A stretch of DNA of 60,732 nt, filler included, from Hausera hauseri (lineage: Eukaryota): NCBI GenBank assembly GCA_046269625.1. It is 11 parts of 11 records of this genome, joined end to end, with 100 filler letters (N's around TTAATTAATTAA, not from the genome) between each part and the next. Parts side by side here need not be neighbours in the genome. Positions count along the whole stretch, not along the records: positions 45,498 to 50,804 come from JBJURY010284614.1; positions 50,905 to 60,732 come from JBJURY010282172.1; 9 more parts are not named here. The stretch is one strand, 5' to 3'. A model generated the notes under the pieces. The model searched no databases. It had not been told where the DNA came from and worked only from the letters and a program-made list of their open reading frames with translations. Positions 47,051 through 59,768 of the stretch are shown one piece after another (position 1 is the stretch's first letter; each line of letters begins with the position of its first letter). A program made the position numbers and the translations under genes.

Positions 47051-47208
47051 TGTGTACTATGTAAAGAAAATAAAGTAGACCGGTATTCTTAATGTGCGGT
47101 CACCTGGTTGTATGTCATAAATATTGTAATGTAACGCTATGTCCGGAGTGTAAATGCATAATAAAGGAAATTGTACATATTTACTATGAACAAAAATCTT
47201 ATAACTAA
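47051..47208 (+). pseudogene. IAP-type C-terminal RING finger, frameshifted
   Basis: CVLCKENKVD / VFLMCGHLVVCHKYCNVTLCPECKCIIKEIVHIYY matches the IAP/MDM2-type RING. Confidence 0.7.
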
Positions 47209-47276
47209 TAAAAAACAAATAAGCAGATTGAAAACTTTTATTAAAATAACATCAAAAATATGTACCAAAATCAAAT

Positions 47277-48050
47277 CATATACAATAAGCGATACTTTCG
47301 TTTTTGGATATCCAGTGTCATTTGTCATCAAACGGGTCCAACATCTCCTTTTTTGTATTGATTGCCGTTAGCTGATGGCTTTTTGTTCAAATTCGTTCCT
47401 GATCAACTAATGTTACACAACCATTCTCACATGCCTGTAGATAATTGCTGAACTGTAAATCAGTTTGTTTGAGTTTTACTCCTTTGCATTTAAGGACTGG
47501 TCTGTTTCGGTTTTTCAGCGCATAACATTTTGGTCTTAAGAAAAAACCTTTTTGGTACTCGACACAGCCCTTAGTTTCATCCTTAAATTTGCCTATTACA
47601 GACGAGAAACGAGTGTACTAAAGCGGGTCGCCGGAATCATAATTAGACGTGTCCAATTGTTCATTGGCTATCACTGTCGGTAAAAGTTGTGATCTTAAAT
47701 CAACTCCACGGCACTCAAGAAAAAGCCGTCCGTGTCACCAGCAATTAAATTGATGCCTATACCTCTCCAACTCTATATAATTTAACTCATACATCCGTAA
47801 CTTGGAAAGATCAAGTACGGCTTGACCGATAGCGCAACCATATATTTATCAAGGAGAACGACAACCAGATCATTGGCTATGATAATGCTCTCTTTAAATC
47901 GTGTTTTGCTAGCATATCTGATAAGCTTCTTAGCATTATTACACCGTCTCAAGTTGCACCTTTTCAACAGTTTTACCATACAACCTGTTATTCTTCAGTC
48001 TAAAATGTCTTTTCAAAAGGATTATTCGCTTTTTTATTATTTGCATTTTC
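47277..48050 (-). pseudogene. Second Polinton pPolB, C-terminal fragment
   Basis: LKNNRLYGKTVE, LIAGDTDG, IGKFKDE, LRPKCY, KGV, PFDDK. Clearly related to 17395-19002. Confidence 0.88.
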
Positions 48051-48320
48051 ATTATTTGTTTTAAATTACTGCAAAGAAATATCTACCTCAAATATTTTTC
48101 AAATTTTCCGTACTTTTTGTTGTGTCAATCGATTATGTACGATTCATAGAGAATGAAATAATAATTCAAAATTTGAATAATGAACAACCATTTATGCAGG
48201 ATGTATCAATTTTACAAAAAAATTTCATCCAACATAATTTAAAAGTAATTATTCCATATTACACTTATTAACTCATTTAACAAAGCCAAACGAGTATTTC
48301 ACATAAAATTCATTGAAAAA

Positions 48321-48767
48321 ATGTACAGTCAAAATGTTTCAGTCATCAAAAATTTAGTCAAAGAAGTTGAATTAGAACGCGAATTATTTTCTCGAGAATG
48401 GTTCTCCAAATGCAACGAACTACATGAAAAATTTAATAGCATTATTAAAGACGAACAGGGCGATATTTGGTCAATCAGATATTCGATAAAATCTTTATGG
48501 AAACAAAGTAATCGAAACCAACTTATCGATGAAATGGAACTCGAACGATTGATGAAGGAATGTTTGAAACGATTGAATTTCTTTTCTTGGGCGTCAGGAG
48601 TCCTAACAAAAATTGTTGTAAATTCTACAGTTTACGAAGTGGATTTTGTCAATAAAGAGATAAATTTGACCCAGAAATCATCCAGAAAGATTTTGAAACA
48701 TTTTCAGATACTCCATGAGAAATATCGAAAATACTTGGGGAAATGTGAGAAAATTATTGATTTATAA
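48321..48767 (+). CDS. Hypothetical protein
   Basis: Intact 148-aa ATG-initiated ORF with protein-like composition in AT-rich DNA. No recognised motif. Confidence 0.45.
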   Translation: MYSQNVSVIKNLVKEVELERELFSREWFSKCNELHEKFNSIIKDEQGDIWSIRYSIKSLWKQSNRNQLIDEMELERLMKECLKRLNFFSWASGVLTKIVVNSTVYEVDFVNKEINLTQKSSRKILKHFQILHEKYRKYLGKCEKIIDL

Positions 48768-49720
48768 TTAGTGTATTGATTGTTATAAAAATATAAAGTG
48801 TTCATATTGATTTTGTGGTTTAAAAATTTGCTTAAATAATAATGATTTTTTGTTAAATGTTTATTGGCTTTTTATAACGATACAAATTTATTGTGCAGTC
48901 GATAATTTTATATGAAAATAATTAACTTAATTTTACAACAATTCTTTCAATATCAAATGCTGTTGTGAGGTGCAATTCCTGTAAAAATAATCACATGACT
49001 GTCATTGCTTACGTACAATTTTTGTCCTTGACATGCAAATTATTTCATCATACAAAAACAATAACTCGAATTGGTAAAAGTTTTAAAAAATTTCGCAAAA
49101 AAGTCTGACTCAAAAAATTTTGCTCGAATTTCGAAGATTCTCGTTTTGAGTAAGTCCAAAATTTGCCAAGAAATTTGTTAAACAAATCATTCTTTAATTC
49201 GCTTATTTATTCCGGATTTTTATAAAAATTTTGGACAAAATTCCAAATTTATAAATTCTAATGGCACTTCTTCATTAAATTTCTTGTTTCGTGCCATTCA
49301 AAAAAATATGTCAATCAAATCTTGAATTTTGATGAAACAACGCGGGAAGATGTAATTACAAAAATTGTGCATTAAAATTCTATATTGAAATATGAAATTT
49401 CTGTGCACATTTCCTGAAATGTATACGTATATTCAATTTTTAAAAATTTCCGTGGGAGTATATTCAATAAATATTCAATTTCCTAGTTTAGTAAAAATCG
49501 ATAAAATCAATTTCAAAATTAATAAAAATACTATATAGGTTTGGAAATAGTTGGGTAAAACGAGAAAATTATCTCGTTACATTTGTCATGATTATGAGGA
49601 ATCAGTACTAAATTTATCAAAGATCGTTTTCCAGAAAACTTTCCCTTCTTCAAAAATAAATCTGACCATAAAAATGAAAGCCAAAAAATTGTTTTAAAAT
49701 CAATATTTTTCACCTTTTAA

Positions 49721-50512
49721 ATGGATCAAAAATATCTGCAATTTTTAGCCCAATATACAGAATCACTACGGGTACCGGCATGGTTTGAGTTATGTGGGTT
49801 TAAAAGTATTGAGATATTCAAATATTTCGACGACAAAACTATAGATTCGATCGAAGAAAAAGTGAGGATCATTTGCAAATCGATACTAAAGGACGAGAGA
49901 AATGTGTACATTGACGAGAAATATGTAGAGAATCCGGATAATTTCGAAATTGCACCAGGAATAAGAAGTAAATTGCTGAATGCTGCCGGATTATTTGCAT
50001 CATTTCAAACCCTTCAAATTAACCAATCACCAAATTCGGTTGTTCCTCAACCGCAATTAAATCTGATCGATTTGACGAAAAATCCAAATATGTTACCAAT
50101 TGCCCAAAGTACCCCCTATGCTCAAGCTAAAACGGTACAACCCACGGAAAATGAATACAAACTCAGAAGTCAAATGCGATCCAATCAAGAACGAGTTCAA
50201 CAACCCACACAACAACCAAAAATACAGAAACCCGAAGAAAACGAAATTTTTCCAAAACTGAAAATACCGATTCAACAATTTTACAATGAGGTCTCGACTA
50301 CCCTTCGAACTTTATTTCCGAAAGGTCGATTCATCCCGAAAAAAGATTTCGAATTGGAATTCTATTACATTGATGAAGATAATGCTAGTAGTTCCCATGG
50401 ATTTTACCTTTGTGGGATTTGTGATTTCAAACGACTGAAATTCCGATTCACGCCGAATTTCCAGAACATCAAATTTGAGAATATAAAGGCCCATATTAAA
50501 CGACATAAGTGA
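49721..50512 (+). CDS. Hypothetical protein with Q/P-rich linker and C-terminal C2H2/BED-like zinc motif
   Basis: Intact 263-aa ORF; CGIC...HIKRH at the C-terminus. Confidence 0.55.
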   Translation: MDQKYLQFLAQYTESLRVPAWFELCGFKSIEIFKYFDDKTIDSIEEKVRIICKSILKDERNVYIDEKYVENPDNFEIAPGIRSKLLNAAGLFASFQTLQINQSPNSVVPQPQLNLIDLTKNPNMLPIAQSTPYAQAKTVQPTENEYKLRSQMRSNQERVQQPTQQPKIQKPEENEIFPKLKIPIQQFYNEVSTTLRTLFPKGRFIPKKDFELEFYYIDEDNASSSHGFYLCGICDFKRLKFRFTPNFQNIKFENIKAHIKRHK

Positions 50513-50904
50513 AACTGAAGGTGACTTTCGGAAATACATGCGTTGATAATTTTGTATTGATTTTATCTGCATAACTGCCTAAAATAATCAATGAGGCGAT
50601 TTGAAATGGAAACGAATTTTACTGTAAATCTGGTCAGAGAGACGTACAAAATATAATGCTGATTAAAAATATGAAAAGTCTGTTTGCCGAGAAACTCAAA
50701 AAAACGCAAATGGTGCCTTTACATGTAACAGCATACTAAACATAGGGGCAGATTTGAACAAGTGCGAAATGCCGTTACATTTTTTCATATTATTAGTCAT
50801 CATTNNNNNNNNNNNNNNNNNNNNNNNNNNNNNNNNNNNNNNNNNNNNTTAATTAATTAANNNNNNNNNNNNNNNNNNNNNNNNNNNNNNNNNNNNNNNN
50901 NNNN

Positions 50905-51677
50905 AACAACATCTGCTATAAGATTACTTGTCTCCTCAACTGGCACCTGGTGAAGGATGCATGAGTATGCCGCAAGTCTGTATGATGACGAATACATTTT
51001 GGAGTTCTTCTTCACAGAGACAATGTCACAATCATTTGAAGTTTCGCACTCAAATAACAACCCCCCAGTCTGTCATTATCTAGTTCGAGTTCTTTGATTT
51101 TTTTTTTGTGCACAGTTCAGTTCTTTTCTGACATCTCCCAACAGTCTCCGATATTGACATTTATGTTTACTTTTCTTCTTCTGCACTTTTGGACAAACCA
51201 GCTCAATAGACCGTTTTAATTTTCTAATTTCAGCATCCTTTTGCAGTACAATCTTCTTTAATTTCTGTCTTTCGTCTCGTAGTTTTGATACTATGTTTGC
51301 TTTGCGTTCATTAGCTTGCTTAATTCTTCTATTCCTATCACTAGACAAGAGCAAACGATCAAAATCGTTTTTAAGCTTTTGTTTGCTTGACACTAATGTT
51401 TTAAGTGAAGCCCGTCTGTTCACACATTTTTTGCAGTCTGACTTCAGTCGCTTAGGAGAGGGTGCTGTCACATTTATAGTTGACTCAGAGTTTATGACAC
51501 AAAAGGGAGGATGGCTGGCTGGTCGTTTGACTGGTGTAACAGGAGGGACTGAGGAAACTAGATGCTGAGAGCAAGGCAAGTCAGGGGTGGACCCTGCTTC
51601 TGAAAAGGTACCATCAGTAACATTAACCTTCTTGACTGGAATACTGAATGTTTCTTTTAGAAGACACAATAATGTGG
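50905..51677 (-). pseudogene. Basic coiled-coil protein fragment, possibly from a DNA transposon
   Basis: ORF 51076-51702 and frameshifted continuation 50905-51060. Interrupted upstream by a SINE tail. Family not identified. Confidence 0.3.
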
Positions 51678-51900
51678 CCATCCCATCCATCCATCCATCC
51701 ATCCATCCATTATCTATACACGCTTAATCCTTGAAGGGTCGCGTGGGTCACTGGTGCCCATATCCAGCAGTCACAGTGCGAGGGGCGGGGTACACCCTGG
51801 ACAGGTCGCAAGTCCATCACAGGGCCACACATAGAGACAAACGAGACAGACAACCATTCACACACTCATTCACACCTAGGGACAATTTAAAGTTACCAAT
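51678..51900 (-). mobile_element. 3' part of a teleost SINE (V-SINE/Mermaid-like) with (TGGA)n tail
   Basis: (CCAT)n then GGCGGGGTACACCCTGGACAGGTCGCAAGTCCATCACAGGGCC..CACACCTAGGGACAATTTA, typical of this abundant fish SINE. Confidence 0.75.
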
Positions 51901-52018
51901 TGGCTATGTGCACAATATGGCTTCCGCTAACTTCCGGCCAAAGGTTGTGAGGTCGAGAACTTCCGGGTAAACGTCTATATCATTCAGGTTGGATTGTTTT
52001 GATAGAAAACGGTTGAAA

Positions 52019-54472
52019 ATGAGCATGTCAGGTGTCCAAAGAAAGAGATTGTGCTATCAGCGAGTGAGCGGATCATCGCTACACTGTTGTGTACCTCGAT
52101 GTTCGTGTTCCTCACGTTATAATTCAAAAGTTAGCTTTCATAGCTTCCCTGCTAATAATGTAGTGCGTCAGCAATGGCTAGCTAAAATCCGGAGAGAAGA
52201 TTTTAGTCCCAGACGAGACACACGGGTATGTAGCCGACATTTCCTGCCTGATGATCTGGTAGATACACCGGGGGGGAGGAAGTGGTTAAAAAAGGGTGCT
52301 ATTCCTATTTTATTTGAGTGGAACAACTACTCATTGCCTGAGAAAAGACCCGGTGTGTGGGAACGGAGGGTTCGAGAGGAATGTGCCGCTGCAGATCCGC
52401 ACGTAGACACTTCAGAGTCGGAGGTGGTGTTTGTTGCTCCTGACCACGATTACTGTGTTTCACCGACAACTGGAGTAATGGCCAACGAGTTACAGACTGA
52501 AAACGAGGTCCTGCGCAAAAGAATCGAACTGCTTCAAAGCCAAGTCGAGAGGCTGCAGCTGCGGACCCGTTTTGGTCTGGAGCGCTTTGCAGGCTCAGAT
52601 GACGAAATCCGTTTCTATACCAGGTAAGTTTGTATTATGGGGAGCTTATTTTGCTGTGTTAACTGTGTATTGTACTGTAGTAATCCGTACATGAATTGGC
52701 TCAGTGTAAACAATATATCTAACCACAGATGTGTGCTGTTACAGTTGAATTACTTTAACTGAGTCAATGGACATTTCACTCATTTAATGCGGTGATAAAT
52801 AAGCTGCTAAGTACATAAGTAATCCACCAACAAATCAGTATGATTGAATATAATCATCTAAATACAACTCCTACATTTATTAACGACTATTTATTATTAA
52901 ACTAATTTGATAGTTATTTTGTTTTGGATTGAAGAGTTTTGGATCATCCTGCTGAACAGCTAATTTTGTTTGTTTACTATATACAGTTGGTATGCCTGTG
53001 TAATCCAGCAGGCTGACATATTTGTTATGTTCCACATGAAGCTAAGATGCTATAAGAGCTCAAAACTGAAATTTAATGAAATAGTTGTTTATGCTCTTTA
53101 TCTATCTATATGATTATTTATTAAGGAAAATAAGAAATTAAGATTTGCTTGCAGTGTTCTTGCTTCAGATTTAGTGTTATGGTAAAATAAATAATTTTCA
53201 AACAGTCCTTCATTTAGCTTAACAGTGGGACTTAAACTAGAAGGTACTGATATCAATTACTGTTGTATTTTATGTAGTTGTTTTTATTGTCACAGGTTTG
53301 CTTCATACAAACATTTCCAATATTTCTGGAAGCTTGTGGAGCCTGCAGTGAAGACCAAGATGATTCGGGTCACCAATCCCAAGGCCTCCATAGCTGGCTC
53401 TGACAGATTTCACACATCCACGGTAGGATGTATTATTTTATAGATCAGTGTGTGACAGTCAGATCTGGAGTAATCCATGCAGTTTGTATGGTCAGATCTC
53501 AGAGCTGACTGAGCATGGAGCTTTGGGATTATGCTCTCTTTTAGTGCAGTAACTAGGAACTACATAATTATAAATTAACATAATCTGGAGAAAAATAATA
53601 AATTTTGTTATTTTTCGTAATTATAACCTAAAAACAGGATTTTTAAAAGCATTTATAAACAGCTTAGAAGTTTTATTGTAAGAGTCGTATTTTAATTTCT
53701 GTTCATTGTTTTTGTGTCTTTGAAGAAACTTCCTCCTATCGATGAGCTGTTCCTTTTTTTGATGTACCTGTCCTTGGGCCAGCCACAACAAGATCTTGCT
53801 GAAAGGTTTGGCATTCACCGAACAACAGTAAGCAGGATCATCACCACATGGGCCAACTTCCTCTACCAACTGCTTGGAAGCAAACGCCTCTGGTTGCCCA
53901 AAGAGGTGGTGCGTGCACGACTTCCAGCCGAGTTTGCTTCATACCCTGACACCCAAGTAGTGCTTGATTGCACTGAGATCTACTGTCAGACGCCATCGGA
54001 TCTCCTGTTGCAGAGTGAGGTGTTTTCTACTTACAAGTCCCACTCTACACTCAAGGCCATGATCGGCATGGCACCTCATGGTGCGATCACATTTGTCTCT
54101 GCCCTTTTTGCTGGATCCATGAGTGATCGTGAGATCTTCAAACAGTCAGGCATTGTCAGGTTACTACAGCCTGACATGGCAATAATGGTTGACAAGGGCT
54201 TTCTAGTGGAGAGTCTGGCTACATGTAAAGTATATAGGCCAGCCTTCCTCTCAGGAAAAAATCAGATGAGCCCACATGATGTCCGTGAGACTCAATCCAT
54301 TGCTCGGCTAAGGGTCCACGTAGAGCGCTGCATCAGGAGAGTGAAGGAGAACAAACTTTTTGACCATGTTCTCCCGGTGTCTGTGTGTGGGATAATTGAT
54401 GAGCTCTTCAATGTGGCTTGTTTCCTGGTAAATTACCAGAATGGACCCCTTGTGAAGGCATGGGCAATTTAA
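52019..54472 (+). CDS. THAP + HTH + DDE_Tnp_4 transposase, 3 exons (52019-52623, 53296-53422, 53726-54472), 492 aa
   Basis: THAP CCVPRC..FHSFP..W..VCSRHF..AIP; catalytic LDCTE, VDKGF, RVHVER. GT-AG introns join in frame. Confidence 0.92.
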
Positions 54473-54544
54473 AGCAAGTATGTCAAAGTCCTGTCATCGA
54501 GGCCTGGTGTCTCTGATTTAACTGATCTTAATTAAATAATCCTG

Positions 54545-55328
54545 GCACGTATTTATCAAACTTCTTAGAATTACTTCTAAGAATGCTGTTAAGAATGGAC
54601 TAAAAGTTAAAAAAATCTTAGTTTAACGCTGAGCCTAAAATTATTTTTTTCTTTTTTGAAATTAACAGATTTCGTTGAGTTTGAGTTAAAGAGAAGTTAA
54701 AAGAAAAATTCAATTAAATCCTAATCAGTGTGGGGGGAAAATGACATCCAAACTTTTGACAGCATCATGTCACCTGCTTTCACTCACCAGATGATAGTTT
54801 AATATTCTCTCCAAAAGCTCCATAGAAATGTCCCCCTTTTAGTCCAATATTAAGACCCTGGTAATCATTTTTTCTATCTTTCTTTCTTTTGCTTTGATGA
54901 ATAAACTTGTTTTTCACACCTTATTTTAGTTACTCTGTACATTGTAACTGAAAACACTCAGGTGGGGGACCCCGGACCACTTAGTGCCATTTAAGAGGTG
55001 GTGCAGAGTATTCTGTCCTCCTCTGCACCACCTCAGAAACTGCACTAAGTGGTCTGGGGTCCTCCACCTGAGTGTGAGGTTTCTGAGGTTGTGCAGAGTA
55101 TTCTTGAGGAGGACACACCTGTGATCTCTATCTTTCCAGTCCATCTGGCAACTTTTAACCACTTAAGAGTCCTCTCTGCAGTCTTAACTTTTTGGGAGAG
55201 TGATTCTTAGTCTTAAGAGTCTTGATAACTGGCACTTACACTTAAGGCTGAGAGTAGGAGCTAATCTAAGAAATTTTTCAGCACTGAATTCTAAAATTCC
55301 GCTATAAGAAGTTTGATAAATACGGGCC
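54545..55328. mobile_element. Harbinger-like MITE nested inside a second short repeat (about 54475-55445)
   Basis: TIRs GCACGTATTTATCAAACTTCTTA / TAAGAAGTTTGATAAATACGGGCC flanked by CTG on both sides. The right flank resumes the repeat also seen at 9262-9462. Confidence 0.75.
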
Positions 55329-56285
55329 CTGATCATTAGCAGGACTATGCAGAACATGACCGCATACCGAGGAGTTATTTCATTCAGGTGTTTTGGACCA
55401 TGAATACATCTAAAAGTTGCAGGACACCAACTCTTGAGGCCTTTATTTTTACACCCTCAACTCATAGTCCCGGATGTTTAATGAAATCATACAAATTTAA
55501 ATGACATTGTGAAAAGCAAAATGTGGGTGTTGGTTATTTTTGTTTCTTAAATTGTTATAAATTTTCTTATAAATGTGATATTTAGGATTGTGTGCAACAT
55601 AATTGTAATTACTGATTTAGCTTATGATTTAGTTTTATATTCAGGTTGGATGTTTATCCATGTTATCACATTGCTTAACTATTGAAAAAACATCACACAT
55701 TGCCAATGAAATTGCAGTTTTGATTACCGTAGATTGTGATAAATTTTCTACTGTGAACTTAAGTATTACATTTTATGTTCAAGTAAAATACTTCAAACTA
55801 TGCAAATATGTCTCCTTTCTTATTCAATAAAAACATGTAAAATATTTAAGCCTGTAGCTGCCCCACTAAGAAAAACTCCATTAATCATTATTTCCATTGG
55901 GTGACTACAATTTAGTCACAGCATCATCTGTCTGATCTTTTTAGCATGAAATACTTTAACTAGTAAGTTTCAGTTAGTTTGGGCACTGCTGTCTTTGAAG
56001 TTTAGTGACTCAAAATGTGACTGAAACAGTTAAAAGGATTAACATGTGCACTCATATCAGTTTATTTTATTTGACATGTTAACAGCTGAAATTAGTGATG
56101 GTTGAGTTTTTCATAACATGGGCTCTTGAAATTCTCAAACACAGTTAACATTTCTTATAGTTAAACGTTTGAAAACACTTGAACAGAGTAGTGCTAATAA
56201 AATACCAGAAAAACACTGAAAAGAACAGAATGACTGCTGATACAATGACAGTGAAGGAGGAAGCATGCACATAGCATTGAAGAAT

Positions 56286-59200
56286 CTATGCACTGGAAAG
56301 ATAAACATAAAAGTAAAAATGGTCAACCTTTTCTCTAATTGTCTGAAACACGCTAGGGTCTCTATAAATGCGTTGGACAAGAATGTCTTCCTCTGCATAG
56401 ACTACAAAATCACACCACTCCATGCCTGTGATCAGGAGCTGCCCCTGCACCTGCCAGTAGTAACAGTGACTCGACAAAAGTTTCATTGTGCCATTACATT
56501 TTTTTAAGTACTTGCAATCAACATAACTTTTAGCATTTGGACATTTAATTTCTAATAAACCAAAAGGTGGTCTCTCTGTGGGATCAAAAACCACACCATC
56601 CGGGGAGGATCCCAACCATGGAGCATCAGGATGAATGACGAAGCCACACGGCCAACAGCTGATGTTCTTGATTCTGGAATATTCCTGAATTGCAGATGGT
56701 TCGAGCGCAAGGCCTCTCTTCATAGCCGCCGTGGCTGCTGTTCCCTTCTTTATTCGCTGTGCCAAACTCAGAGCAGAACTGGACCCTTTAACATGGCAAA
56801 CTTCCCGGAAGCGAGAGGAAGTAACTCGGGGTCTCCTGACATTATGCCATTCAGTTGTTGCGCTCTGCTCCCTGGTGGCAACTTCAATTTGTCTGGACTG
56901 CTCCAGCGTTGTTGAAAGACACTCCAGTTCTAGTTGCTGCTGGTGGCTGCAGACAAACTGGACACAGGTGGGCTCAAGATGGTAGTTGTCCAATGGCAAT
57001 GGAGGAGGGGCATCCACGTGGCGAATGATCACTCTGCTGACTGGTAGTGGATGCTGCAAAGCTATAGGACTGCCTTCCTGGACTTTTCCAAAGGTTGACT
57101 CAACTACTGGCACATCAGCACTGATGGCCATGGTGGTAATGAGAGGAGCAAGATCTGCAAAGTCCTGGTAAACCTCTGCCACTCTGAGGACGTCAGGGTC
57201 CGGCAAGTCTCCCTGCACAGCCTTGTAACTTTTGCTCCTTTAAAAAAGCAAGACACCAATTTAAAACTTCTGCTCCTAAGAATTGTTAATTTCAAAGTTC
57301 CTACATACAATGACTTCCTAAAGTATTCAAACTCCACATTTTGTCACATAAACAAAAATATATTTTATTGGACTCTTATGTGAAAGACTAACACAAAGTG
57401 GTATACAATTGTGAAGTAAAAAAGTACAAAAATACATGATAAAATTTTTTTTTACAAATAACCTGAAAATTGAAGACTCTGAAGACACCATCGCCACTGT
57501 CAAATATGGAAGAATTGATTCTGGTACGAAATACATTTACATAAAGCCCCTTTCAGTTTTTTATTTAAAAACAATTTAAATCATGTATAATTTTCTTTCC
57601 ATTTCACAATAGAATACCACTTTGTGTTGGTCTCTCACATAAAACTCAAATGAAATATATTTATGTTTGTGGTTGTAATAAAAAAAGTATATAAAAGAGG
57701 TATGAATACTTATGAAAGGCCCTGTAATTTAGAACACTGATAAGAATTACCTTACTCCATTTCCAACTGTGCGCTGTTTTGGCCTTGCGGAGACAAAAAC
57801 CATGTCACGTACACGGCCTGGTTTCACACCCTGTAAAACAATAAACAGAAATGCCACAATGAAAAATTGTAACATGAACAATACCACATACTTTCAGAGA
57901 AGGCATGATATATTTAAATGTAGTGTATAGGAATTTAATCACAAAACAGGCTTAAAATGGAGGAAACTGAACTTTTGACAGAACTGACCGACTCCCGGAT
58001 AGGTGTTGAAACATTTACAGAAAAAAAAAGAGTGAAAGTCTGATTGCCTCCTATTTAAGCTAGTTTTGTGGTTGCCATGACCTGGACGACAGAGAATTTG
58101 CATAGGCATATGAGGATTTATATGTTCAATTTAATTAACAGATAGACAGACAGACAGATATGTCTTTAGACTAAGAAGCCTTCAATTTTACTAAAAATTC
58201 TAGAAAAGCTTTTGTTTTTCTTTGGGTGGTGTCAATGTTTTTTTTTGGCTCAGCAAGAACTTGAATTGTGTGACCTGACAATATGAACTTGTGATTTCTC
58301 TTACCATGTTGTTTAAAATAAAAATGTAGGACATGTTACATCAACGGTCTCAATGTGATGCACACTTACCATGGTCCTTGGTTTGTGCCAGCTCTGTTCT
58401 GATTCTGTACAGCTAAGTACAGGCGGCACAGCAGTCAAATTCAGAGCAGAGTAGTGTGCGGTCTGATACAGTAGTGCAACACTGTGATTGCACAGGACTG
58501 TTCCAGCTACACAAGAACACTCAACTTCTGCGATCTCTACTGGATAGCAGTCTTCAAACTTCATCTAAACATACACACACACACACAAAAAAAAAACAGT
58601 CAGCAAAAACTATGAAAATGTTATTTTCTCATTTTTAGCTAGCAAAAAATTAAAATATGGTTGCAGCCAAGTAAAAAAAAAGAAGCCTGGAACAAAATGT
58701 AGGATGTCAGAGTGCTGGCTGTTTGTATATTGATATGCATTCTGGGTTTACATTTGCAATTTCAAACCATGTTTTTATAAGATTTAAATAAAGACATTTA
58801 ATCCACACAAATGGCATAGCTACACAAAAAGTACTGCGTTTTCAGTATAGTGTAATTCTGATCAGAAGTGTTAGTGTGCATTACACGAAAAATAATAATT
58901 AAGAGATCAGGAAAAACATTTTTCACAGAGTAGCCAAATGTTTCTCTGGGGTTGTAATAAATCTGTGACTGAAATAAACTGAAGACTGAATTCATCTGCT
59001 TTCTGCCTACCAAACACGGTAGAAAACAACAGCGATCACTCTTACAGGAACCTGTTTAAAGATTGAACTCTGTTCAAAATTTAAACAAAAAAAAGCCAAA
59101 GAGAAGAACAAAACTGGCCCTTGAACTGGCCTTAACACGAACAATACACTCACAAACAGAAGAGACTAACTTATGGGGTTCACATGCTAGCTAATGCTAA

Positions 59201-59768
59201 AGCTAGATAGGCTCAAACTCCGTCATTTTTTTTCAACAGCTAGAAATACTTCCTACTTAATTTAAACATCGGTGACATGAGAACCCCAAAAATATAGTCA
59301 TCTCTTTGTGAAACCGATCAACATTTCTTGTTGTTCCTACTCTGAGTTCATGAGGCTTATCAGACTTTCGCATGGATCTGTAACAGACCGCCCTGATGCT
59401 CACTTTCCCTGAAGAGTCTTTGTTGGACACTGTGGTGAATAAAAAAGGGTAAGAAAGAAATCTGAAAGTACAACTTTGTGGTTTAAACAGACGTTACATA
59501 ATTGCAGAAAGCAAGACTCCATTAGTTATAATGTAGAAAGAAGAAATAGGTTGTAAAGTAGATACGAGCTAAAGCTAGTTAGCACAACAGTGACTGGATG
59601 TATTTATTGCTTACCTTCATAGTTGTCAATGTAATTCGACACGTAAAATTTGAAGCCCTTTTCCTTTTTGCAACGTGGAGCTGATGATAACGTTCGAATC
59701 AAGCGGAGAACATCGCTGATCGTCACTTTTGGGAGGTCCTGAAGGCAGCGGGTGTAAAACAACGCCAT
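56286..59768 (-). CDS. SWIM zinc finger + YqaJ (lambda-exonuclease-like) protein, 5 exons (59768-59615, 59429-59341, 58564-58370, 57830-57751, 57237-56286), 489 aa
   Basis: CSCVAGTVLCNH (SWIM); EWHNVRRPRVTSS, SPDG, EIKC, YYWQVQGQL. All four GT-AG introns splice in frame. Confidence 0.9.
57565..57726. repeat. Tc1-like terminal repeat remnant in an intron
   Basis: CCACTTTGTGTTGGTCT..TTTGTGGTTGTAA..TATGAATACTTATGAAAGGCCCTG|TA resembles fish Tc1 ends followed by TA. Confidence 0.55.
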
